47,486 nt of DNA from Gemmatimonadaceae bacterium (GTDB lineage: Bacteria; Gemmatimonadota; Gemmatimonadetes; Gemmatimonadales; Gemmatimonadaceae): positions 1 to 47,486 of the forward strand of contig DATNCZ010000305.1 in the NCBI GenBank assembly GCA_035553335.1, read 5' to 3'. The position numbers and the translations under genes are program-made. Of this stretch, positions 27,761-34,875 are shown one piece after another. How positions within the stretch are numbered: position 1 is the stretch's first letter; each line of letters opens with the position of its first letter. The notes beneath the pieces are model-generated. The model was given only the letters and a program-made list of their open reading frames with translations, had not been told where the DNA came from and did not search any database.

Positions 27761-29185
27761 ATGACGCCGAGTCGGAGGCGCGCTGCGCTGTTCCTGCTCT
27801 TCTGCCTACCCGTCGCCCAGGCCTGCCGGCGCGAGAAACCTGCGACCATATCCACTGCTCAGCTCGATTCGCTCCCCGCCCCGCCGCCGCTCCCACTGTC
27901 CCACTTCAATATTCCGCTGGTGTACGACTACACTCCGGTGCTGGCCGTCGTCGAGCGAGCGGTTCCCATGAAATTCGGGTCGATCGATAGCGTCCGCATG
28001 GTCGGAAACGATCCTAACAGACATTACGCGTACGAGGCTGTACGCGGCCCGTTCACGACGTTCGTGAGCGATAACGAAGTACACCTGCGCGCGACGCTTG
28101 CGTACGCAGCGCGCGGCTATTTCAAGCCGCGTTTCGGCCCCACGGTCGGTGCAGGCTGCGGTGGCGATTCGGCGGCCGACCGTCCGCGCGTGACCGTCGA
28201 GCTCATCACGCCGTTGACGCTGACATCCGACTGGCACCTGTCCTCGCATGCGCGCATCGGTCGACTCGGCCCGGCGTCCAGCGCCGACAGAGACCGGTGT
28301 ACGGTGAGCATCATCCGATACGACGTCACGCAACGTGTCGTGGACGCTGCACGCGATGCACTCAAATCGCACCTGCCGGACATCGACCGAAAGATCTCAC
28401 GCGTCGACCTTGGCAGTCATTTCGAGGAATGGTGGGGTCTTCTCAACAAACCGATTCGCCTCACCGATAACGTCTGGCTGCTGCTCGGACCGGAACGGCT
28501 CCGCATGGGCGACGTGAGCGGCGCGGGTGACGATCTCATAGTCGACGCCGGCCTCGATGCGCGGCCCCGAATCGTCACCGGCGCAGAGCCACATCCGGTC
28601 GTTCCGCCTCTCCCGCCGCTCGCGCGCGACACCGCCGCAACGGGATTCCATATAGTGCTCGGCGGCCTCATGAGCTACGCCGACGCGTCGAAGACGATCA
28701 CGGATGCGCTGAGGGGGAAACCAATCACGGAAGGAGGCCGAACGGTGACGGTGCAGAGTGCGCGCGTGTCGCCGCTGCCTCAAGGTCGTCTTGCACTTGC
28801 GGTCACCTTCACTGGCGATGCCAATGGCACACTGGTCTTCGCCGGTAAGCCCGTTTACGATCGGAATGCGGGCGAATTGCGCGTGCCGGATCTCGATTAC
28901 GATCTGAACACCGACAGCGAGATCATCAGCGCGTACAGCTGGCTCCGGTCCGACGCGCTGCGCGAGCTGTTCAGAGAGAAGGCTCGGATCCCCGCCGATC
29001 TTCTGATCACCAAGGGACGATCGCTTCTCACTGATGGACTCAACCGCAAACTCGGCGATGCGGTAACGCTATCGGCTCAGGTGGACTCGGTGGACGTCGC
29101 GGGGATATATGTAACCGCGGCCGGCATCGCTGTCCGCGCGGTCGCAAGCGGCAATGCCGGGATGAAGGTGAAGCAGAAGAAATAA
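27761..29185 (+). CDS. Lipoprotein of unknown function (possibly DUF4403-like)
   Basis: 474 aa. The lipoprotein-type signal is RRRAALFLLFCLPVAQAC. I recognise no catalytic motifs. The DUF4403 resemblance comes from my memory of size and architecture and is not verified. Confidence 0.5.
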   Translation: MTPSRRRAALFLLFCLPVAQACRREKPATISTAQLDSLPAPPPLPLSHFNIPLVYDYTPVLAVVERAVPMKFGSIDSVRMVGNDPNRHYAYEAVRGPFTTFVSDNEVHLRATLAYAARGYFKPRFGPTVGAGCGGDSAADRPRVTVELITPLTLTSDWHLSSHARIGRLGPASSADRDRCTVSIIRYDVTQRVVDAARDALKSHLPDIDRKISRVDLGSHFEEWWGLLNKPIRLTDNVWLLLGPERLRMGDVSGAGDDLIVDAGLDARPRIVTGAEPHPVVPPLPPLARDTAATGFHIVLGGLMSYADASKTITDALRGKPITEGGRTVTVQSARVSPLPQGRLALAVTFTGDANGTLVFAGKPVYDRNAGELRVPDLDYDLNTDSEIISAYSWLRSDALRELFREKARIPADLLITKGRSLLTDGLNRKLGDAVTLSAQVDSVDVAGIYVTAAGIAVRAVASGNAGMKVKQKK

Positions 29186-29204
29186 CGTAACCATCTGGTT
29201 ACGT
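29185..29204. terminator. Perfect palindrome shared by two convergent gene ends (bidirectional terminator candidate)
   Basis: ACGTAACC-atct-GGTTACGT. The left arm begins at the last base of the plus-strand TAA stop (29183..29185). The right arm contains the minus-strand ubiX stop (29199..29201). Confidence 0.4.
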
Positions 29205-29813
29205 ATCCTGTTCGGCTCCCCAGCGGTGGCCGAGTGAATGCTCGACACCCATCTGGTCCAACACCCGGGCGACGACGAAATCCACCAGCTCCGGTATCGA
29301 CTTGGGCTGATGATAGAAACCCGGCGCCGCTGGGAGAATGACTACGCCTGCCCTGCTCAGCTTCAACATGTTCTCGAGATGAATGCTCGAAAGCGGCGTC
29401 TCACGCGGCACCAGAATCAGCTTGCGTCGTTCCTTGAGCGTCACGTCCGCTGCGCGCTCGACCAGTGATCGTGACGAGCCGGCAGCGATCGCGCTCAGCG
29501 TTCCCATCGAGCACGGACATATAACCATGCCCGCGCTGCGTGCAGATCCGGATGCCGGAGCCGCGCCACGATCCGCGTCGTCGTAAACGGTGATGAGGTC
29601 ATCCCAGCCGCGGCCACCGACGGCATCGCGGAGTGCGCCGATCGATTCGATTCCGGTTTCCGCCGCCAGCAGCCGGAATCCGTAACTCGAGATCAGCAGC
29701 GACACGCGCTGACCGGAAACGCACAATTGCTCCAGCAACCGCACCGCGTACGGCGCGCCGGATGCGCCCGTGATCGCAACCGTGAAAGGAATGCGCGGCC
29801 CGACGTCACTCAT
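29199..29813 (-). CDS. ubiX: Flavin prenyltransferase UbiX
   Basis: 204 aa. VAITGASGAPYAVRLLEQL and the MVICPCSMGTLSAIA motif are typical of UbiX/Pad1. The ATGA overlaps the ubiA-like stop. Confidence 0.9.
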   Translation of the reverse strand: MSDVGPRIPFTVAITGASGAPYAVRLLEQLCVSGQRVSLLISSYGFRLLAAETGIESIGALRDAVGGRGWDDLITVYDDADRGAAPASGSARSAGMVICPCSMGTLSAIAAGSSRSLVERAADVTLKERRKLILVPRETPLSSIHLENMLKLSRAGVVILPAAPGFYHQPKSIPELVDFVVARVLDQMGVEHSLGHRWGAEQDT

Positions 29814-30706
29814 GACGCAACCCGCTCGGCAAATACGAACCCGAAGTACACGATGCTGATGATGCCGTTCATCGTGAAGAACGCCGCGTCGAGTCGACTG
29901 ATGTCACCAGGCTTCACGAGCGTGTGCTCGTACAGGAGAAGGCCTGCTGCGACGACGACACCGGCAGTGTAGATCGCGCCGCCACCCACTGCGAATCCGA
30001 CCGACGCAAGCGCGATGATCGTGATCGCGTGCAGAGCCCGCGCTGCCAGCAGGGAGCCGCGCTCACCCCATCGGACGGGAATCGAGTGCAATGCGTTGCC
30101 ACGATCGAATTCTATGTCCTGAAGCGCGTAGAGAATATCAAAACCCGCGACCCACGTCGCGACCGCAATCGCGAGCACACACAACATCCACCATGGACTG
30201 GCCCACGTCCCCGTTACCGCCAGATAACCGCCGACCGGCGCTATCGAGAGTCCCACGCCAAGCACAACGTGCGACCAGCGAGTGAATCGCTTGGTGAAGC
30301 TGTAGAAGAAAACCCAGGCCAGCGCTATCGGTGCCAGAAGAAAGCAGACGTGATTGAGCTCGAATGCGGCGAACAGGAACACGCCGCAGGCGACCGCGAC
30401 CGCGATCATCGCCTCGGTAACGCCGAGCGCTCCCGACGGCAGCTCCCGCATCCTGGTTCGCGGATTCAGCGCATCGATTTCCCGATCCGCTATGCGGTTG
30501 AATCCCATCGCGGCGAAGCGTGCCGCGGTGAATGCGATCACGACCCAGCCGACCTCCCGGAGCGTCACAGGCGTGTGATAACTCGCAAGCACCACGCCGA
30601 CGAGCGCGAACGGCAACGCGAAAAGCGTGTGTGGAAGCTTCACGAAGTTCACGTACCTCACAACCCGCGATACCCCATGAAATGTCTGGCCTTCACGTGC
30701 TGTCAT
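29810..30706 (-). CDS. ubiA: UbiA-family aromatic polyprenyltransferase
   Basis: The real start is the ATG at 30706 (MTAREGQTFHG...), which overlaps the ubiD stop (ATGA). VKLPHTLFALPFALVG and NRIADREIDALNPRT are UbiA-family Asp-rich motifs. The upstream 690 nt of track ORF 29810..31396 overlap ubiD out of frame and are rejected. Confidence 0.85.
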   Translation of the reverse strand: MTAREGQTFHGVSRVVRYVNFVKLPHTLFALPFALVGVVLASYHTPVTLREVGWVVIAFTAARFAAMGFNRIADREIDALNPRTRMRELPSGALGVTEAMIAVAVACGVFLFAAFELNHVCFLLAPIALAWVFFYSFTKRFTRWSHVVLGVGLSIAPVGGYLAVTGTWASPWWMLCVLAIAVATWVAGFDILYALQDIEFDRGNALHSIPVRWGERGSLLAARALHAITIIALASVGFAVGGGAIYTAGVVVAAGLLLYEHTLVKPGDISRLDAAFFTMNGIISIVYFGFVFAERVAS

Positions 30707-32175
30707 AGCCCGAGCTCGCTCCACATGGCATCCACCCGCGCCTTCGTGGCGTCGTCCATCACGATTCGCGTCGGCCAGTTGCGCGTGAATCCTTCCTCGG
30801 GAAACTTGCGCGTCGCGTCTATCCCCATCTTGGATCCATATGTGAATGCCCTGCTCGAATGATCCAGAACGTCCATCGGCCCCATTGTAAAGCGAGTATC
30901 GCGCTCGGGATCGATGTTGTTCAGCGCAACCCACCATGCCTCGAACGGGTTGCGAACGTCCACGTCCTTGTCCACGATCACGAGCACCTTCGCGAGCGAC
31001 ATTAGTCCCTGTCCCCACATGGCGTTCATCACCTTGTACGCCTGGCCCGGGTACTGCTTGTCGATCGAGACGAAGACGAGATTGTGGAATATCCCTTCCG
31101 CGGGCATGTGGTAGTCCACGATCTCCGGGATCGTCAGCTTGAGCAGTGGCAGGAAGATCCGCTCGGTCGCATGGCCGAGGTAATAGTCTTCCATCGGCGG
31201 CACGCCCACGATGGTCGTTGAATAGACTGCATCTCTGCGCATCGTCACAGCTGTGACGTGAACGCGCGGATAATAATCGGCCTCGCTGTAGAATCCAGTG
31301 TGATCTCCGAACGGCCCCTCGACTACGAGGTCTTCGGAAGGATCGATGTATCCCTCGAACACAAAATCCGCCTCGGCCGGCACTTCCAGGTCGCACGTAA
31401 CAGCTTTTACCAGCGACACTGGCTCCTTGCGAAGGAAGCCTGCGAAGATGAACTCATCCACGGTCGGCGGCAGCGGAGCGGACGCTGAGTAGATCGAGGC
31501 CGGATCGGCACCAACCGCAATGCACACAGGCATTCTCTCCCCGCGCGCGGCCATCTCGCGCCAGTGCGCGGCTCCCACCTTGTGGCGCTGCCAGTGCATC
31601 TTGAGCGTGTTGGGCGAGTCATACTGAACGCGGTACATGCCGACGTTGCGTATTCCGCGCTTGGGGTCCCGTGAAATCACCATGGGCAGCGTGACGTACG
31701 GACCCCCATCTTCGGGCCAGCAGGTAATGATCGGTATGTCGCGCAGATCTATCCTGTCGCCCTCGAGCACGATTTCCTGACAGCGCGCCGGACCGGAGCG
31801 AACGCGGGGAGGAAATTTTGCCACCTCCATCAACCGCGGAAGCAGAGACAACTTGGCGATGATCCCCTCGGGAACTTTGAGGTCCATCAATGCGGTGATG
31901 CGCGCGCCGATGTCGTCCAGGTCAGTGACACCCAGAGCCATCGCCATCCGGCGCATCGATCCGAAGAGATTGATGGCAACCGGATACGCTGATCGCCGAC
32001 CGTCGTCCAGGATGACATTCTCGAACAGGAGCGCCTTTCCGCCGCCCGCCTGCTTCATCACTCTGTCGCTTATCTCGCACAGCTCGAGCTTCGCCTTGAC
32101 CGCATGACGGATCCGGACGAGCTCACCCGCGCGCTCCAGCTCGGCAATGAAGTCACCGACAGAGTCGACCGTCAT
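30703..32175 (-). CDS. ubiD: UbiD-family (prenyl-FMN dependent) decarboxylase
   Basis: 490 aa. LLFENV, ITCWPEDGGPYVTLP and GDHTGFY blocks are typical of UbiD. Confidence 0.9.
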   Translation of the reverse strand: MTVDSVGDFIAELERAGELVRIRHAVKAKLELCEISDRVMKQAGGGKALLFENVILDDGRRSAYPVAINLFGSMRRMAMALGVTDLDDIGARITALMDLKVPEGIIAKLSLLPRLMEVAKFPPRVRSGPARCQEIVLEGDRIDLRDIPIITCWPEDGGPYVTLPMVISRDPKRGIRNVGMYRVQYDSPNTLKMHWQRHKVGAAHWREMAARGERMPVCIAVGADPASIYSASAPLPPTVDEFIFAGFLRKEPVSLVKAVTCDLEVPAEADFVFEGYIDPSEDLVVEGPFGDHTGFYSEADYYPRVHVTAVTMRRDAVYSTTIVGVPPMEDYYLGHATERIFLPLLKLTIPEIVDYHMPAEGIFHNLVFVSIDKQYPGQAYKVMNAMWGQGLMSLAKVLVIVDKDVDVRNPFEAWWVALNNIDPERDTRFTMGPMDVLDHSSRAFTYGSKMGIDATRKFPEEGFTRNWPTRIVMDDATKARVDAMWSELGL

Positions 32176-32178
32176 CGG

Positions 32179-32928
32179 TTAGTGTTTCTCACCGATGTGG
32201 ATTGCGACCACGCCGAACGTGTACGAGCGCCAGCGCACGGATTCAAAGCCTGCGTCGCGCATGCGCTGCGCAAGATCGATTTCCGACGGGAAGTGTGCAA
32301 CGGATTTTGGAAGGTAGTTGTACGCACTGTGATGCCGCGCCACGGCGTTGCCGATGAGCGGGCATAGATGGTTGAAGTACAGCCGATATATCCAACCGAC
32401 AAGCGGGTTCTGTGTAACACCGAATTCGAGAATGACGAAACGCGCGCCGGGCCGCAGCACGCGATAGACCTCACGCAGCGCCGCATTGAGATCCACCACG
32501 TTGCGGATTCCAAAGACGACGATTGCACCGGCCGCGAACCCGTCGGTGAATGGAAGTTCCAGTGCATCGGCAGTAACGGGCCGTACGACGTCGCGCGACA
32601 CCTTTCCCAGTCCCGCGCGCAGCATCGGCTCGGCGAAATCGGCTGCGACGACGGAGCCGCGGAAGTTCGCGAGCGACGCGATCTGTGACGAGATGTCGAG
32701 CGTGCCGGCGCACAGATCCAGATATGTCGCACCAGGATCGCGCGCGATGTTGAGATCGCGTATCGCCTTCCGGCGCCACCACTGATCCAGCCTGAAGCTG
32801 ATGATCCGATTCACGCGATCGTAATGCGGGGCTATGTCGGAAAACATCTGCTTGACATAGCCCCTCTTCACCGCGGCACCGGTCGCAGCGGCGTCCGCGG
32901 TCGCGCGTTCGGTTTCCAGTGCCGTCAT
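32179..32928 (-). CDS. ubiE: Demethylmenaquinone / ubiquinone C-methyltransferase (UbiE/MenG)
   Basis: MFSDIAPHYDRVNRIISFRLDQWWRRKAI and the SAM motif YLDLCAGTLD are typical. The track start at 32964 is TTG. I prefer the ATG at 32928, but the start is uncertain. Confidence 0.85.
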   Translation of the reverse strand: MTALETERATADAAATGAAVKRGYVKQMFSDIAPHYDRVNRIISFRLDQWWRRKAIRDLNIARDPGATYLDLCAGTLDISSQIASLANFRGSVVAADFAEPMLRAGLGKVSRDVVRPVTADALELPFTDGFAAGAIVVFGIRNVVDLNAALREVYRVLRPGARFVILEFGVTQNPLVGWIYRLYFNHLCPLIGNAVARHHSAYNYLPKSVAHFPSEIDLAQRMRDAGFESVRWRSYTFGVVAIHIGEKH

Positions 32929-32976
32929 GTCACCAAAGTTGCCCGCCGTGCCAGATACAGGCAAGCGGATGATGTA

Positions 32977-33825
32977 TCAACTCGCGAACGACTGCCGCAC
33001 GAGTCCTGCTAGCTGCGCGAGCGCCTTTGCCGCACCCGACTCCGGCTCGGCGACGACGATCGGACGTCCCGAATCGCCGCCCTCCAGCACGCGCGGATAC
33101 AACGGAATCTGAGCCAGCAGTGGAAGTCCGAGCGAGTCCGCCAACTTCTGTCCTCCCCCGGATCCGAACAACGCACTTGGCTTTCCACAGTGCGGGCACT
33201 CGAAATAGGACATGTTTTCGACGATGCCGATTATTGGAACGCCCACACGCTCGAACATCTTCGCGCCACGCAGTGCATCGCCGGCCGCCACATCCTGCGG
33301 CGTGGTAACGACCAACGAGCCGTGCACGTGAGTCGCCTGCACGAGGGACAGTTGTGCGTCACCGGTGCCCGGAGGCATATCGACGATGAGATAGTCCAGC
33401 TTGCCCCACGCCACGTCGCGAAGGAATTGATTGATCACCTTCATGATGATGGGTCCGCGCCAGATCGCCGGCTGATCCGGAGGAACGAGAAAGCCAAGCG
33501 ATACCACGCGGACTCCGAAGGCTTCGTGCGGCACCATCCTGTCGTGATTGTCGAGCCGCGGCGGCCCGTCCAGTCCCAGCATGCGCGGCACGTTTGGACC
33601 ATAGATGTCCGCGTCCATTATTCCCACGCGAGCGCCATCTCTTGCCAGCGCGACCGCAAGATTGACTGCGACGGTGGACTTGCCCACACCGCCCTTTCCG
33701 CTCGAAACGGCAATGATGTTGCCGAGGTCAGGGAAGGCAACCGGAGTCGGCGGTGCGACTGTTTTCGGGGTTGGAGCCTGATCCATTACCGGAAGCGCGC
33801 GGCCCCGGGGAGTGTCTTCTGTCAT
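32977..33825 (-). CDS. Mrp/ApbC/NBP35-family Fe-S cluster carrier ATPase
   Basis: It has the deviant Walker [12 protein letters not shown], then DMPPGTGD, and a CPHCG cluster-binding CxxC. The track start at 33831 is TTG, so I chose the ATG at 33825. Confidence 0.85.
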   Translation of the reverse strand: MTEDTPRGRALPVMDQAPTPKTVAPPTPVAFPDLGNIIAVSSGKGGVGKSTVAVNLAVALARDGARVGIMDADIYGPNVPRMLGLDGPPRLDNHDRMVPHEAFGVRVVSLGFLVPPDQPAIWRGPIIMKVINQFLRDVAWGKLDYLIVDMPPGTGDAQLSLVQATHVHGSLVVTTPQDVAAGDALRGAKMFERVGVPIIGIVENMSYFECPHCGKPSALFGSGGGQKLADSLGLPLLAQIPLYPRVLEGGDSGRPIVVAEPESGAAKALAQLAGLVRQSFAS

Positions 33826-33848
33826 ACCCAAATGTAAATGCGGATATG

Positions 33849-34021
33849 GTCATTCTCGCGAAAACGCGGAACCGAGCACCCCTCGTCATTCCCGCGAAAG
33901 CGGGAATCCCGGAACCAGCGTCATTCCCGCGAAAGCGGGAATCCACCTGCTGAGGAGAAGCCTCCGGCTGTCGTCGCAACCAAAGGTCCATAACATGGAT
34001 TCCCGCGTCCGCGGGAATGAC
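33849..34021. repeat. Cluster of four REP-like palindromic units (25-nt GTCATTCCCGCG-AAA-GCGGGAATCC type)
   Basis: There are two identical 25-mers at 33885..33909 and 33920..33944. One inverted copy with a different loop (GGATTCCCGCGTCCGCGGGAATGAC) is at 33997..34021. One degenerate copy (GTCATTCTCGCGAAAACGCGGAACC) is at 33849..33873. Each unit folds as an 8-bp stem, ATTCCCGC/GCGGGAAT, and the two identical copies have a GAAA loop. Confidence 0.75.
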
Positions 34022-34076
34022 GAACCCTGAAGTGGCCACCGTCCCTCGTAAGATGAAAGGGACCCTGCCCTACCCC

Positions 34077-34143
34077 TTGACCCGATATAACATCGATATA
34101 TCTTAGACTTAACGATATATCGTACGATATATCAAACTATATC
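34077..34143 (+). promoter_or_regulatory. AT-rich promoter/operator region with five phased CGATATATC-type boxes upstream of padR
   Basis: The boxes are at 34083 (CGATATAAC), 34094 (CGATATATC), 34113 (CGATATATCG, a 10-bp perfect palindrome), 34125 (CGATATATC) and 34137 (CTATATC). Start-to-start spacings are 11, 19, 12 and 12 nt. TTGACC is at 34077, and the GAGAGGAAG ribosome-binding site precedes the ATG at 34162. Confidence 0.4.
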
Positions 34144-34161
34144 TTCGAGAGGAAGTCAATC

Positions 34162-34740
34162 ATGCCAGGATTTGATTGCGGCGCGGGTTGGATGCGCAGA
34201 GGAATGTGGAAGGGAAACTGGGGCTTCGACGGCTCCCAGTTCTGGGGGGCCGGCCCGTGGCGTCCGCGCGGTGGACCGCGTAGCGCTCGCGTGTTCGACC
34301 AGGGCGACCTCAAGTACGTGATCCTGCAGTTGCTGGTCGAGAAGCCGCGCCACGGCTACGAGATCATCAAGGCAATCGAGGAGCGCTTTGGCGGGGCATA
34401 TTCGCCGAGCCCGGGGACCGTATACCCCACGCTCACGATGCTGGAAGACATGGGCTACGCCCGCGTCACGCCCGAAGAGAGCGGCAAGAAGGTGTACGAG
34501 ATAACTGACGAAGGTCGCAAGTATCTCGAAGAGAATCGCTCGGCAGTCGATGACATCTTCTCGCGGATCACCGAGTTCGCGCAGAGCATATTCGGGGAGC
34601 CGATGATGCAGGTGCATCGCGCCATGAAGGACGTGGGACGCGCCGTGTACGTTCAGAACGCGAAGCGGACTCCGGAGCAGCTCAAGCGCATCTCGGATAT
34701 CCTCGAGCGTGCTGCTGCCGAAATCTCGACGGTCGTCTAG
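34162..34740 (+). CDS. PadR-family transcriptional regulator
   Basis: YVILQLLVEKPRHGYEIIKAIEERFGGAYSPSPGTVYPTLTMLEDMGY is the PadR wHTH signature. It is preceded by a Gly/Trp-rich N-terminal tail. Confidence 0.85.
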   Translation: MPGFDCGAGWMRRGMWKGNWGFDGSQFWGAGPWRPRGGPRSARVFDQGDLKYVILQLLVEKPRHGYEIIKAIEERFGGAYSPSPGTVYPTLTMLEDMGYARVTPEESGKKVYEITDEGRKYLEENRSAVDDIFSRITEFAQSIFGEPMMQVHRAMKDVGRAVYVQNAKRTPEQLKRISDILERAAAEISTVV

Positions 34741-34769
34741 CCAGATAACCGATCGCTGTAAGCAGACGG

Positions 34770-34802
34770 AAAAGCCCGTGCAATCGATGCACGGGCTTTT
34801 TC
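34770..34802. terminator. Bidirectional rho-independent terminator between the convergent padR and S51-peptidase genes
   Basis: AAAAGCCCGTGCA-atcga-TGCACGGGCTTTTT. The GC-rich stem is perfect and is flanked by an A-run and a T-run. Confidence 0.8.
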
Positions 34803-34875
34803 CTTGGCGTGGCTCATCCGGGAAGACGCGGCTCTGCAAACGCCGGCTACTGGCGAACGACCGCAACCGCTACAG

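Noticed and set aside
30707-31396. The N-terminal 230 codons of track ORF 29810..31396, which would give a 528-aa UbiA.
   Set aside because: This stretch overlaps ubiD in another frame and translates to Arg/Gly-rich nonsense. The UbiA homology begins at the internal ATG at 30706, which forms an ATGA overlap with the ubiD stop.
32383-32391. A third copy of CGATATATC, followed by CAACC as at the ACR3 site.
   Set aside because: It lies inside the ubiE coding sequence, where it encodes the conserved-looking WIYRLY segment on the minus strand. It has no promoter context and is most simply a coding coincidence.
33849-34021. Possible CRISPR array, because of the repeated 25-mers.
   Set aside because: There are only four units, one inverted and one degenerate. 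Spacing is irregular (about 10 to 50 nt), each unit is itself a strong palindrome, and no cas genes are present. The pattern fits REP-like elements, not CRISPR.
33728-34039. Three overlapping ORFs (33728..34039 minus, 33753..33953 plus, 33812..34030 plus) across the Mrp-padR intergenic region.
   Set aside because: They are translations of the REP-like palindromic units, giving peptides such as IPAKAGI, SFPRKRES, AFAGMT and RGND. They read through the same repeats in several frames and on both strands, and have no start context. I treat them as repeat-derived artefacts.
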